DNA from: Candidatus Komeilibacteria bacterium RIFOXYD1_FULL_37_29 | Lineage (GTDB): Bacteria > Patescibacteriota > Patescibacteriia > UBA1558 > GWA2-36-10 | Reading direction: 5' to 3' | Assembly (NCBI GenBank): GCA_001818495.1 | Contig: MHKS01000005.1 | Span: forward strand, 402,584-466,583 | DNA length: 64,000 nucleotides | Shown: piece after piece, positions 9,931 to 20,092 of the stretch | Position numbering within the stretch: position 1 is the first letter of the stretch | How the letters are laid out: every line of letters begins with the position of its first letter | Position numbers and translations under genes: made by a program | The notes under the pieces: generated by a model | What the model was told of the DNA's origin: nothing | Databases searched by the model: none | The model's input: the letters and a program-made list of their open reading frames with translations, nothing else

Positions 9931-11524
9931 AATACTGATTATTTCATTTTTGGTTTTTTTATTTATCTATAATTTTACCAATATTTTTGTTTGGTGGCCG
10001 ATGCTTAAAGATACCGAACATTTGATTTTTAATTGGCCGGATAGCACTGCCAATTACTTTTTTTCCAGCTTATTTGCCAATGGTGGAAACCTTTGGTTTA
10101 GTGAGATGCTCAATCTTTACACCGATAATCTTTTACATGCCCGCAGCATCAATGTAGTGGGAGGAAATTTAGTACCCATGACATTTTTGCCGGCTATCGT
10201 TATTTTTGGAGCTTTTGGGCGTATTTTAGGGGAATTTGGTATATTAGCTCTGACACCATTTTTAGCTGCTTTATCCGGACTCTTGGTTTATAGATTGGTT
10301 TATTATATTTTCAAAGATTTAGATATTGCTTTGGCATCTTCTTTACTTTTCTGGTCTTTGGCCCCTTGGGTATTTTTTGCCAATGAAGTGATGCTACCGA
10401 GCATACTATTTATTTTTTTGGTTTTAGCCGGCTTTTGGGCGTTAGCTAAAAGTATAATTTTAGAAAAGAGTTTGTATTGGATACTAGCTTCGTTATTTTT
10501 ATCTTTGGCTATCTTTGTTCGGCCGACTGAGGTAGTCTGGTTGTCTTTGATTTTTATTTTTATAGTCTATCTCAATCGCCAGAAAATATATCTGAAGCAT
10601 TATGTTTACGGGTTCGTAATTTTTTTGGCTGTCTTGTTTTTATTTTTAATTTTAAATAAAAATACTTACGGTTCTTACTTTAGTATCGGTTACTTAAATT
10701 TTCAATCAAATAGTTTATCCACGGAGTTTTCCGGACAAAAAACTAGTGGATTGTTAAATTATCTAAAATTATTGATAGCTCCATTTGGTCTAGATTTTAT
10801 TTTACTTACCAAGAATTTTTATAAATATTTTATAGAAATTTTTGCACCGTATTTGGTATTGGCTTTTTTAGGAGTGAGTATTATATTTTATAAAAAACAA
10901 GTTACCAGTCCTTGGAAAAAATATTTTTTGCTTAGTCCTTTTGTTTTTATAATTATTTTGCTTTATTATGGATCTTGGGATTTGGCTGATCCACTGGTTA
11001 AAGAATTAAATAAAATATCTATTTCTTATGTCAGATATTTTTTGCCGCTATATATTTGGGTTTTACCGCTCGCCGCCTGGGCAATTAAAAAAATGTTTTA
11101 TGGGCCAACCAAAATAAATAAGGTAGCTTATTATATAGTGATTGTGGCACTGATGCTCACATCGGTTAAGTTGGCTTTTTATTCTAAAAATGATGGACTC
11201 TGGAGTAATATGGATAATTTACAAAATTATAATGAGCAGTATAAGGCCGTTAGCCAAGTAGTGGAAAAGGAGGCGGTGATTATTAGTGAGAGAAGTGACA
11301 AAGTTTTCTTCCCAAAATATCGGGTGATTGTTCCACAGGGTGATTTGCCGCTCTGGTCTAGAGTAAAAAATATTATTAATTTAGTACCGATTTATTATTA
11401 TACTGATAAAAATAGCGAGCTTTTGAGTGTTGACCAAGGTGAGCTGGATAAGCTAAACTTAAAACTAGAAGATCAGGGCAAAATATGGCATAATTTTAGC
11501 TTATATAAAGTATCCAATAAGTAA
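9902..11524 (+). CDS. Large polytopic membrane protein, probable GT-C-type glycosyltransferase/oligosaccharyl-polymerase (ArnT/PMT-like)
   Basis: 540 aa with at least 10 predicted TM helices, embedded in a glycosyltransferase operon. Confidence 0.4.
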   Translation: MMNIRLTHNKILIISFLVFLFIYNFTNIFVWWPMLKDTEHLIFNWPDSTANYFFSSLFANGGNLWFSEMLNLYTDNLLHARSINVVGGNLVPMTFLPAIVIFGAFGRILGEFGILALTPFLAALSGLLVYRLVYYIFKDLDIALASSLLFWSLAPWVFFANEVMLPSILFIFLVLAGFWALAKSIILEKSLYWILASLFLSLAIFVRPTEVVWLSLIFIFIVYLNRQKIYLKHYVYGFVIFLAVLFLFLILNKNTYGSYFSIGYLNFQSNSLSTEFSGQKTSGLLNYLKLLIAPFGLDFILLTKNFYKYFIEIFAPYLVLAFLGVSIIFYKKQVTSPWKKYFLLSPFVFIIILLYYGSWDLADPLVKELNKISISYVRYFLPLYIWVLPLAAWAIKKMFYGPTKINKVAYYIVIVALMLTSVKLAFYSKNDGLWSNMDNLQNYNEQYKAVSQVVEKEAVIISERSDKVFFPKYRVIVPQGDLPLWSRVKNIINLVPIYYYTDKNSELLSVDQGELDKLNLKLEDQGKIWHNFSLYKVSNK

Positions 11525-11530
11525 AAATAT

Positions 11531-11935
11531 ATGGCAGATTGTATTTTTTGTAAAATAGTCAGTGGTGAATTACCAAGCTATAAAGTCTACGAAGATGAAG
11601 ATACCATGGCTTTTTTAGACATTAATCCAACGGCTTTTGGCCATACTTTGGTAATACCCAAAAAACATTTTTCTAATCTTGAAGAAATTCCAGCAGATTT
11701 ATTACAGCAGACTATTTTGATTGTCAAAAAAGTTGGTCAGTCTATCAAAGATAATCTCGATGTGGCCGGTTATAATGTCTGTGAAAATAATGATCCGGGA
11801 GCTAATCAGATTATTCCCCATATTCATTTTCATCTGATTCCTAGATACAAAAATGATCATTTGGATCCCTGGCCGCAAACTAAATATCCCGAGGGCAAAG
11901 CAATACAAATTTTAGAAAAAATTAAGATAAATTAA
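11531..11935 (+). CDS. HIT-family (histidine triad) nucleotide hydrolase/transferase
   Basis: Histidine triad HIHFHLIPR; 134 aa. Confidence 0.75.
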   Translation: MADCIFCKIVSGELPSYKVYEDEDTMAFLDINPTAFGHTLVIPKKHFSNLEEIPADLLQQTILIVKKVGQSIKDNLDVAGYNVCENNDPGANQIIPHIHFHLIPRYKNDHLDPWPQTKYPEGKAIQILEKIKIN

Positions 11936-12949
11936 ATGAAATTATTAGTTACAGGCGGAGCCGGTTTTATTGGCTCAAATTTTATCCATTATATATTAAA
12001 AAAATATCCGGATTATCAAGTGGTAAATTTGGACATTTTGACTTATGCCGGTAATTTGGAAAATCTTAAAGCAGTGGAGCTAAATCCCCAATATACTTTT
12101 GTTAAAGGTGACATCGGTGATTATGATTTAGTGGATAAAATTGTCAAAGATCATAAGGTAGATATGATTGTTAATTTTGCCGCTGAGTCACATAACAGCT
12201 GGGCTATTATTGATCCGGGAAAATTTTTTAAAACCAATGTTTTAGGCACACAGAATTTACTGGAGGTAGCGAGAAAAAATGGTGGTATTAGGTTTCATCA
12301 TATTTCTACTTGTGAGGTCTATGGTGATTTGCCTCTGGACAGTGATAAAAAATTTACGGAAAATTCTCCTTATTTACCGCGCACACCGTACAATGCTTCC
12401 AAAGCCGCTTCTGATTTGGCGGTGAGGGTTTATTTTGATACTTTTAAATTGCCAGTGACAATTTCCAATTGTTCCAATAATTATGGACCATATCAATTTC
12501 CGGAAAAATTAATACCGCTCTTTGTCACTAATTTACTTAAAAATAAAAAAGTACCGGTTTATAAAAATAGTCAAAATCGTCGGGAGTGGTTGCATGTTTT
12601 AGACCATTGTCAGGCCGTTGATTTGATTCTTCATCAAGGTAAAATTGGCGAAACCTATAATGTCGGTAGCGGAGTGGAACAAAGTGTTGAACAAATTACC
12701 GATTTTATACTAAAAGAATTGGGCCAGCCACAATCCATGAAAGAATATGTCCAGGATAGACCGGGCCATGATCGTCGTTATCTTTTGGATGCTTCTAAAA
12801 TTAAAAAAGAGCTGGGTTGGCAACCAAAAATTGCTTTTGAGCAGGGGCTCAAAGACACTATCAAGTGGTATATCGATAATCCTCGTTGGTGGCAGCCGCT
12901 TAAGGAAAAGAATATTTTAGTGGAGGGAGATTGGAGTAAGAAAAAATAA
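11936..12949 (+). CDS. rfbB: dTDP-glucose 4,6-dehydratase
   Basis: LLVTGGAGFIGSNFIHYIL, YNASKAASD (YxxxK), 337 aa; this is the typical RmlB pattern. Confidence 0.8.
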   Translation: MKLLVTGGAGFIGSNFIHYILKKYPDYQVVNLDILTYAGNLENLKAVELNPQYTFVKGDIGDYDLVDKIVKDHKVDMIVNFAAESHNSWAIIDPGKFFKTNVLGTQNLLEVARKNGGIRFHHISTCEVYGDLPLDSDKKFTENSPYLPRTPYNASKAASDLAVRVYFDTFKLPVTISNCSNNYGPYQFPEKLIPLFVTNLLKNKKVPVYKNSQNRREWLHVLDHCQAVDLILHQGKIGETYNVGSGVEQSVEQITDFILKELGQPQSMKEYVQDRPGHDRRYLLDASKIKKELGWQPKIAFEQGLKDTIKWYIDNPRWWQPLKEKNILVEGDWSKKK

Positions 12950-12976
12950 TAGCCTTTAAAAAGCTGTTTAGCCGTT

Positions 12977-13987
12977 TTGATTATGGAGCAGCAAATATTT
13001 AAAAAAGAATATACTCGTGATAATGCTTTGATTATCCAAGAGGTTTGGGGTAGAGCACATATGATAGATGTTGATGCTAATTCTAATCCTTACTTACCAA
13101 CGCAAGTAATTTATATTAACGATGGAGTAGCGGAAATTTGGAATAATGAGCGCTCCATCGAGTGGCTGGAAAGAAAATTACTGGAAAAAAATCAAACTGC
13201 TCCAGATTTTTTTTGGCAAAAAATGGAGGAATATGATAGACAGCTGGTTAATTTAAAAAAATATTGGCGAAAGCATCATTTAGATTCAGTGGCCGAACTA
13301 AGAGATTTTATTGGCTTGATGCGAGCCGCTACCAGAAATTTTTTAGTTTTTTATTATTCAGCTATCAGTCAAAAAACACCAGACAAGATAAAATCTCGGG
13401 CTTTAGAAATTCGGGAGCAAGATACTTTTTACGATGATTCCAATCGGCTGATCTTTAATACTTTAGAATACGTATATCCGGAAATAAAAGGTTTGGGCAT
13501 CACTGTATTAGAAAGAGATTTGAATCAATTTCCTAGTCCCCAGGAACTAAAAGAAAGATTTCAAAATTTTGTCTATATTACGGATGAAACGGCTGAGGCT
13601 ATAAATCTTAAAAAATTTTTAAGTAAGAACAAGCAATACAAATTTATTTTTAATCAAATAGAGGACCAGACTCAGGTTTTTGGTCAAGTAGCGCATCGGG
13701 GCAAAGTAAACGGGCGAGTGAGGATTTTAAAAAGAAAAAATCAAGTAGTTGAGTTTAAACCAGGTGAAATATTAGTTTCTCCTATGACTACTCCTGATTT
13801 TGTGCCAGCTATGAAGTTGGCGGCTGCTTTTGTCACTGACGAAGGAGGAATTGGTTGTCATGCCGCTATTTTAGCTAGAGAATTAAAAGTTCCTTGTGTG
13901 ATTGGTACTAGATTCGCTACCCAAGTTTTTAAAGACGGAGATATGGTGGAGGTGGATGCTGAGAAGGGCATCGTTAAAAAGATATAA
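12977..13987 (+). CDS. Paralog P1: novel N-terminal domain fused to a PEP-utilizing enzyme mobile (phospho-His swivel) domain
   Basis: C-terminal G.V.GRVRIL...PGEILVSPMTTPDFVPAMKLAAAFVTDEGGIGCHAAILARELKVPCVIGT, the PF00391-type phosphohistidine domain; the N-terminal roughly 230 aa have no recognisable family. Confidence 0.7.
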   Translation: MIMEQQIFKKEYTRDNALIIQEVWGRAHMIDVDANSNPYLPTQVIYINDGVAEIWNNERSIEWLERKLLEKNQTAPDFFWQKMEEYDRQLVNLKKYWRKHHLDSVAELRDFIGLMRAATRNFLVFYYSAISQKTPDKIKSRALEIREQDTFYDDSNRLIFNTLEYVYPEIKGLGITVLERDLNQFPSPQELKERFQNFVYITDETAEAINLKKFLSKNKQYKFIFNQIEDQTQVFGQVAHRGKVNGRVRILKRKNQVVEFKPGEILVSPMTTPDFVPAMKLAAAFVTDEGGIGCHAAILARELKVPCVIGTRFATQVFKDGDMVEVDAEKGIVKKI

Positions 13988-13991
13988 AACC

Positions 13992-15065
13992 ATGATTGAA
14001 GAAATAAAAAAATATAAATTAACAGCTTATGGTGGAGTAAAACGTAACCTTTCTTTATTTACTTATAGTTGCATAGGGCGGGCCTATGTGCACAGTATGA
14101 TAAAATTTGCCAAGGTAAGTTATGGTCCTATAGCTGCTTACGGTAATAAAGATTATTGGTATTCTTTGTTCAATATGAAATATTTGACTGATACGGTGGC
14201 TCAAAGCATGGAACGGGATAGTAGATGGTTGGACAAAGTAAGGAAAAAATCAATAGATAATTTTAATAAGTTTAAGATAAATTTTAATAGACAAATAAAA
14301 TTTGTTGAATCAAAGCCAATGGATTTTTTGGCTTGGATCATAAAAAATTATCCTGGTTATTTTGTCATTTTAGGATTGTATAATGGACTGTGGCGTTATA
14401 AGGAATATAGTAAGGATAGTCAGCCCGCCATAGATGATGGTAGTGTTGAAGAAATAGCCAAAGAAAGAAGTCAAGTAGCAATACTTTATCCTTTGGTGGA
14501 GAAGTACTTAAAAGAGGCTATTAAATCAATGTCTTTAAATATTGGTTTGGCAGAAATAGACTATCTATTATTGACCAGAGGAGAATTGCAACGTGTAGTG
14601 GAAAAAAAACTTATAAATAAAGAATTGCAAAGCTTAATAAAGAAAAGGGGCCAGGGGTATGTGTATTTATATAATGGTAATAGAGAAACGATTGTCTCTG
14701 ACCAAGAAATTTTAAAAAAAGTTAGAGACTACGCTATCCCTAAAATAAAAAATGTAAGTATTTTGCAAGGCACAGTAGCTTATAGTGGTTTTGTTGATGG
14801 TACAGTAGTTTTTGATTTAAAAAAGATGCTAGATTATCGAAAGGCAGTTTATATTACAAACATGACTCATCCAGATGAAATACCGTGGCTTAAAAAAGTT
14901 TCAGCTATAGTAACAGATGAGGGGGGAGTATTGTCTCACGTGGCGATTATTGCAAGAGAACTTAAAATTCCTACACTTATGGGCACAAAAATTGCTACCC
15001 AAGTTTTTAAAGACGGTGATATGGTAGAGGTTGACGCTATTAAAGGAATAGTAAAGAAAATATAA
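13992..15065 (+). CDS. Paralog P2: divergent N-terminal domain plus PEP-utilizing mobile domain
   Basis: TDEGGVLSHVAIIARELKIPTLMGT. The track ORF starts at 13902 and would overlap P1; the in-frame ATG at 13992, just after the P1 stop, is the more likely start. Confidence 0.65.
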   Translation: MIEEIKKYKLTAYGGVKRNLSLFTYSCIGRAYVHSMIKFAKVSYGPIAAYGNKDYWYSLFNMKYLTDTVAQSMERDSRWLDKVRKKSIDNFNKFKINFNRQIKFVESKPMDFLAWIIKNYPGYFVILGLYNGLWRYKEYSKDSQPAIDDGSVEEIAKERSQVAILYPLVEKYLKEAIKSMSLNIGLAEIDYLLLTRGELQRVVEKKLINKELQSLIKKRGQGYVYLYNGNRETIVSDQEILKKVRDYAIPKIKNVSILQGTVAYSGFVDGTVVFDLKKMLDYRKAVYITNMTHPDEIPWLKKVSAIVTDEGGVLSHVAIIARELKIPTLMGTKIATQVFKDGDMVEVDAIKGIVKKI

Positions 15066-15075
15066 ATAAAATAAT

Positions 15076-16128
15076 ATGGCGGATACATTAGATAGTTTAA
15101 AAAAATACCACTGGAAGTCAATTTGGGCTGGGGATTGGACAATAATGCCGTGCTCTGATTGGGGTGAACATTATATTACCACGTTGAGGGTCAATGGGGA
15201 GCCATTTGTTAGGCGAGTAGTATTTATATTTGAAAATGGAAAAAGCTCATGCTGGGTGACAGAAGAGGATATTTCGGTATTTCATGACAGAATGATAAAG
15301 ATGGTGGATGATAAAATGTCCAATGTTAACATCTTGGCTAATAATCTGGTACAAGCGGCCAAAGCAGCTTTAGAATACATGGATGAGAATAAAAATTTTA
15401 TAGATTACGAAACGTATAATAGGTATCGGGAGATCATACGTACTTATTATAATGCTCATATGCCGGTAAAGTATTTTGCTGATGCTTTGACTGGTCAGCA
15501 ACTGGAAGAGTTTTTACCAATTTTACAAAAAGCCAGAGTAGAGGCTGAGTCAGTATTCACAAATACTATTTTATTTGACAAGATGATTGTCAAAAATATT
15601 GGGGAAAAAACTGGGATAGCAGAAGGGCTATTATTAAATACCACTAGAGATGAGTTATTGCATATATGGAGGAATAAAGCGCCTTTGCCAAAAGACATAA
15701 AACAACGGCATTCATTTTCAGCTTTAGTATTTGAAAATAAAGATCCAAAATTATTTGTTGGTAATAAAGCTAAAGAAATATTAGCTACTTTAGCCAGAGT
15801 AGACACTAAAGAAAATATTGTAGGTAGCACAGCTTATCCGGGTAAGATTGTGGGTAGAGTAAAAATTGTTTTAGACCCAACTAATGTTAGAGATTTTCGT
15901 CAGGGCGATGTTTTAGTTACACGTATGACTAGACCAGAATTTTTACCTTTAATGAAAATGGCTTCTGGTTTTGTGACCGATGCCGGTGGTATTTTAAGTC
16001 ATGCCGCTATCACAGCCAGAGAATTAAAAAAACCATGTATAATTGGAACTAAAGTAGCTACCCAAGTTTTTAAAGACGGTGATATGGTAGAGGTTGACGC
16101 TATTAAAGGAATAGTAAAGAAAATATAA
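15076..16128 (+). CDS. Paralog P3: divergent N-terminal domain plus PEP-utilizing mobile domain
   Basis: [25 protein letters not shown]; the last 73 nt are identical to the P2 3' end. Confidence 0.7.
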   Translation: MADTLDSLKKYHWKSIWAGDWTIMPCSDWGEHYITTLRVNGEPFVRRVVFIFENGKSSCWVTEEDISVFHDRMIKMVDDKMSNVNILANNLVQAAKAALEYMDENKNFIDYETYNRYREIIRTYYNAHMPVKYFADALTGQQLEEFLPILQKARVEAESVFTNTILFDKMIVKNIGEKTGIAEGLLLNTTRDELLHIWRNKAPLPKDIKQRHSFSALVFENKDPKLFVGNKAKEILATLARVDTKENIVGSTAYPGKIVGRVKIVLDPTNVRDFRQGDVLVTRMTRPEFLPLMKMASGFVTDAGGILSHAAITARELKKPCIIGTKVATQVFKDGDMVEVDAIKGIVKKI

Positions 16129-16129
16129 A

Positions 16130-17149
16130 ATGGATATAGATTTTGACTACAGTTTAGAATATGAAAGACATCAAAGGGACTATTCTATTTTAGGGACCAC
16201 TATTGTTTTTCGAGGATTATTTAAACAAAATGCTAGATTTTTTGGTGTTATCCCTAATCCTGTTTATTTTTTGGTTAAGGACGATATTTTATATCATTAT
16301 ATGGCGAAAAAAGATGGCGTCAGCCGAATGGAAAATTGGCTTAAGAAAAATGATCTGAATTCATTTAAAAAAATAGAAAAGTTTTATTCTGCTCGCTTGA
16401 AAGAATTTAATAAATTTATATTAAAACAGCCAGAAAATTTAGAACTGGCTATTAAGCAAGCCGAGGAGTTTTTTGTTGATTTTACGGAAATAATCCTTTT
16501 GGGGTATGAATTACCTCTTTATATGAAAGATAAAGCATCTTCAGAGATTATAGATTTTGCTTTAGCTAGTAGGGAAAAATATGAAAATGTCCATAAGATA
16601 AACTTTTCCATTATAGAAAAACTATTGAATCAGCTGGAAAAAAACAGAGACATACCCAAGGACACTTTAAAATATTTAACCATTGAGGAATTGGAAGATT
16701 TTTTACGGAACAATAAATTAGCAGATATTGGATATAGAAAAAAGTATATTGTAGTTAAATATGATGGTAATTATTCCTTTTTTTATGATCCTAATCTTTG
16801 GAATATTTTAAATCCTAAAGTAGCTAGAGATTTTGTCAAAGGAAATACTGCTTATAAAGGGATAGTCAGGGGGACTGTTAAGATTATTAAAAAAATTACA
16901 GAAGCAGCCGAGTTAAAAAAGGGACAAATTTTAATAACTAGTATGACTGATCCGCGCTATGTACCAGCTATGAAAAAAGCCGCAGCGATTGTCACTGACG
17001 AGGGTGGTATAACTTGTCATGCTGCTATAGTGTCTCGGGAATTAAAAATACCTTGTGTAATAGGGACAAAAGAAGCTACTCAAGTATTTAAAGACGGAGA
17101 TATGGTGGAAGTTGATGCTAATCAGGGAATAGTGAGAAAAATAAAGTAA
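16130..17149 (+). CDS. Paralog P4: divergent N-terminal domain plus PEP-utilizing mobile domain
   Basis: [25 protein letters not shown]. Confidence 0.7.
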   Translation: MDIDFDYSLEYERHQRDYSILGTTIVFRGLFKQNARFFGVIPNPVYFLVKDDILYHYMAKKDGVSRMENWLKKNDLNSFKKIEKFYSARLKEFNKFILKQPENLELAIKQAEEFFVDFTEIILLGYELPLYMKDKASSEIIDFALASREKYENVHKINFSIIEKLLNQLEKNRDIPKDTLKYLTIEELEDFLRNNKLADIGYRKKYIVVKYDGNYSFFYDPNLWNILNPKVARDFVKGNTAYKGIVRGTVKIIKKITEAAELKKGQILITSMTDPRYVPAMKKAAAIVTDEGGITCHAAIVSRELKIPCVIGTKEATQVFKDGDMVEVDANQGIVRKIK

Positions 17150-17299
17150 ATATAAATATCTTATCCCGCTTCGCCCAGAGGCTTCGCGGGATGCTCAATT
17201 TTGCAACTAATCGCTACGCTCTTAGGCAAAATTGGCAGTAGACAATTACTAGATTATTAGGTAGAATTTTAGTATAATTTTAAATTAGTCATTAAATAA

Positions 17300-18133
17300 A
17301 TGAAGATTTTAATCATTGGAAAAGGGTATTTAGGCACTCGTTGCGCTGTGGCCTGGAAAAATGCCGTAATTAGCGACAAGATAATAGCCACAGTTAAAGA
17401 CGTGGAAGAACTGATAGACCAGCATCATCCGGACGGTATTTTAAATGCGGCTGGTGTAGTCGGCAAACCAAATGTAGATTGGTGTGAAACTCATCAAATA
17501 GAAACCCTTAAGGGTAATACTATTTTGCCGTTGATTATAGCCGAAGCTTGTCAAAATAAGGGTATTTATCTTTTGCATATGGCTACGGGTTGTGTTTTTT
17601 ATGGACAGTCTCCTCACGGTGGTCCTTGGACAGAAGAGGACTATGGTAATCCAGCAGCCGTTTATACTAAGTCAAAATTTGCGGCTGATTTAGTTTTGTC
17701 TACTTTACCCAATGTTGGTATTGCTCGTATTCGGATGCCGTTTGATAGCCAGTCACATCCCGCCAATCTCATTGATAAGCTATCTAAATATGAAAAGATA
17801 GTTGATGTAGAAAATTCCATGACTGTGGTTGATGATATGGTTGATGTTTTTTATAAACTTTTAGAAAAGAAAGCCGAAGGCATATTTCACGTGACCAACC
17901 CTGGATCAATCAAACACAAAGAAATAATGGAGCTGTATAAAAAATATGTTGATCCCAGTCATAGCAATAAGTGGATTACTGAAGAAGATTTGGTAAAGCT
18001 TGGTCTGGCTAATAAAAAAAGATCAAATAATATCATGACCTCTATAAATCTTAAAAAATACGGCATTACAATGCGGCCGATTAAAGAAGCCGTTACAGAG
18101 GCTCTTAAAAAATATGCTAAAGGTAAAAAATAA
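17300..18133 (+). CDS. dTDP-4-dehydrorhamnose reductase-like (RmlD family, extended SDR)
   Basis: N-terminal MKILIIGKGYLG Rossmann motif, NAAG, YTKSK (YxxxK); 277 aa; sits immediately upstream of rmlA. Confidence 0.5.
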   Translation: MKILIIGKGYLGTRCAVAWKNAVISDKIIATVKDVEELIDQHHPDGILNAAGVVGKPNVDWCETHQIETLKGNTILPLIIAEACQNKGIYLLHMATGCVFYGQSPHGGPWTEEDYGNPAAVYTKSKFAADLVLSTLPNVGIARIRMPFDSQSHPANLIDKLSKYEKIVDVENSMTVVDDMVDVFYKLLEKKAEGIFHVTNPGSIKHKEIMELYKKYVDPSHSNKWITEEDLVKLGLANKKRSNNIMTSINLKKYGITMRPIKEAVTEALKKYAKGKK

Positions 18134-18135
18134 TT

Positions 18136-18864
18136 ATGAGAGGAATAATTTTAGCCGGTGGAGCCGGTAATAGGTTAAAACCATTAACAAAAGTAACTTC
18201 TAAACAGTTGTTACCGATTTATGATCAGCCGATGATCTATTATCCACTTCAGACCTTAATCAATGGTGGCATCCAAGATATCTTAGTTATTTCCGATCCC
18301 AATAATATCGGCAATATTGTTAGACTACTGGGCAGTGGTAAAGATTTTGGTGTCAGAATTCGTTATGAAGTCCAAGATAGTCCCGATGGATTAGCTCAAG
18401 CGTTTTTACTGGGGGAGATTTTTATTGGTGATGACGATGTCACTTTGATATTGGGTGATAATTTATTTGTCGGTGACGGTAAATTTTTAGAAGAAGCTAT
18501 CAGAAGTTTTAAAGGTGGCGGTCGGGTTTTTGCTAAGGAAGTGCCAGATCCAGAAAGATATGGTGTGGTAGATTTTGACAAAAAAGGTCAAGCCATTAGT
18601 ATTGAAGAAAAACCAAAAAATCCCAAGAGTAATTATGCGGTCACGGGTTTATATATTTATGATAATGGGGTGATTGCTAAAGCTAAAAGTCTAAAACCTT
18701 CTGCTCGTGGAGAGCTGGAGATTACTGATGTTAATAATCTTTACCTTAAAGAAGGTCGCTTAGATGTCAGAATTTATAAAGACTATTGGTTGGATACCGG
18801 TACTTTTGACGCCTTACTTGAAGCCGGTAATACTATTGCTAAACTGAGAAAAGCCGGCAAATAA
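18136..18864 (+). CDS. rmlA: Glucose-1-phosphate thymidylyltransferase (short form)
   Basis: MRGIILAGGAGNRLKPLTKVTSKQLLPIYDQPMIYYPL, a near-canonical RmlA N-terminus. Confidence 0.8.
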   Translation: MRGIILAGGAGNRLKPLTKVTSKQLLPIYDQPMIYYPLQTLINGGIQDILVISDPNNIGNIVRLLGSGKDFGVRIRYEVQDSPDGLAQAFLLGEIFIGDDDVTLILGDNLFVGDGKFLEEAIRSFKGGGRVFAKEVPDPERYGVVDFDKKGQAISIEEKPKNPKSNYAVTGLYIYDNGVIAKAKSLKPSARGELEITDVNNLYLKEGRLDVRIYKDYWLDTGTFDALLEAGNTIAKLRKAGK

Positions 18865-18866
18865 GT

Positions 18867-19709
18867 ATGAATTTTGAAAGTCTTAATGTAGAAAAAGAAG
18901 CTAAGGGTGAAAATGTAACTGTTCATTCTGTTTTTATTCGTCATGGAGAAAAATTTCACGATATAAATAATCCAGAGACAGATCTGACCCCTAAGGGAGA
19001 AGAGGCTAGCCGTGAAATTGGAAAAAATAGGCCGGAAGTTGATGCTATTAAAGGGTATAGTAGTGATACTCAGAGAACAAAATATACTACCAGGTCCATA
19101 GTTGAGCAGTCTCCTACAGAAAACAAGTTAACTCAACGCATCAGAAATGGCTTGGGTATTAGGTATGATTCAGGTAATGAATTTACCAAGAAATTGCAAG
19201 GGATAAAAGAAGAGTTGCTGGGAAAAGGGTATGATGATTTATCAGAGGAGCAAAAAGTAGCCAGGTTAGATGAATACAACTCTGTTATAACTGATTGTTA
19301 TTTAGCTTTGGGCGATAAGCGGCCGGACCCAAATACCTATTCTCCAGTAGAAACAGCCGCTACTATGGCCAAGATATTGAATAATAATATCAGGATGGCC
19401 GATAGATTAAAAGCTAATTCAAAAGTTGATTTGGTCAATGCCACACATGATTTTAATATAGTGGCTTTCTTGAAGGAAGTTTTGGTAAGAAACATAGATG
19501 ATAAAAGAGTAGTTGGTTTTGATTCTGTTAAGGAAATAGGGGGGAGCATGGAATTTAATGGTGGTTTTGAAGTTTTAATAAAAACAGATGATGGTGGCCA
19601 TAAAACTCTAAAAATATTATTTAGGGGAGAAGAATACGAAATAGACGAGACTAGATTAACCGAGCTAGTAGAAATTGCCAAAGGTTTAAAAAAGCAGGAT
19701 AAAAAATAA
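18867..19709 (+). CDS. Histidine phosphatase superfamily protein (SixA/PGAM branch)
   Basis: FIRHGEK (RHG catalytic motif), DLTPKGEEASREIG, SSDTQRTKYTTRSI (the S..QRA..T motif). Confidence 0.6.
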   Translation: MNFESLNVEKEAKGENVTVHSVFIRHGEKFHDINNPETDLTPKGEEASREIGKNRPEVDAIKGYSSDTQRTKYTTRSIVEQSPTENKLTQRIRNGLGIRYDSGNEFTKKLQGIKEELLGKGYDDLSEEQKVARLDEYNSVITDCYLALGDKRPDPNTYSPVETAATMAKILNNNIRMADRLKANSKVDLVNATHDFNIVAFLKEVLVRNIDDKRVVGFDSVKEIGGSMEFNGGFEVLIKTDDGGHKTLKILFRGEEYEIDETRLTELVEIAKGLKKQDKK

Positions 19710-19724
19710 TATAGTAATTTATAT

Positions 19725-20015
19725 ATGTCGAAATTAAATATAAAACCATCAGCCGAAGGTAAGGTTAATAAAAAAATTGACCAAGAATCTAAATTAGATA
19801 AATTAAATAAGATCTTAGACCATATTAGACCAGCCTTAGAAAGAGATGGCGGTAATTTAGCTCTAATCAGTTATGATGCTAAAAAGGGGATAGTGGAAGT
19901 CAGCTTTCAAGGTGCTTGTGCTCATTGTTCCTTGGCCAATGTCACTTTAAAGCATTTGATTGAGGCAGAAATTAGAGATCAGATGCCAGAAGTCAAAGAA
20001 GTAAGAGCAGTTTAA
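19725..20015 (+). CDS. NifU-like (Nfu C-terminal domain) Fe-S cluster scaffold/carrier protein
   Basis: GGNLALISYD..GIVEVSFQGACAHCSLANVTLKHLIEAEI; the CxxC Nfu signature. Confidence 0.7.
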   Translation: MSKLNIKPSAEGKVNKKIDQESKLDKLNKILDHIRPALERDGGNLALISYDAKKGIVEVSFQGACAHCSLANVTLKHLIEAEIRDQMPEVKEVRAV

Positions 20016-20040
20016 TTTTCAAAATTTTAGACAAAAGGAA

Positions 20041-20078
20041 AAGCGGCGACATATTGTGTGTGTCGCCGCTTTGTTTTT
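20041..20078. terminator. Bidirectional rho-independent terminator between the convergent nifU-like gene (+) and the GC-rich phosphatase-like gene (-)
   Basis: 11-bp stem aagcggcgaca/tgtcgccgctt, loop tattgtgtg; T-runs on both strands. Confidence 0.6.
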
Positions 20079-20092
20079 AGTCCGTTGGGGGA

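Noticed and set aside
13902-13991. 5' extension of P2 overlapping the end of P1
   Set aside because: The in-frame ATG at 13992 directly follows the P1 stop and gives a paralog-consistent length. The extension is probably untranslated.
17150-17299. GC-richer hairpin (atcccgc...gcgggat) in the P4-rmlD spacer, considered as a possible riboswitch or tRNA
   Set aside because: Too short and lacking conserved riboswitch or tRNA features. Most likely a simple terminator/attenuator stem; kept only as a note.
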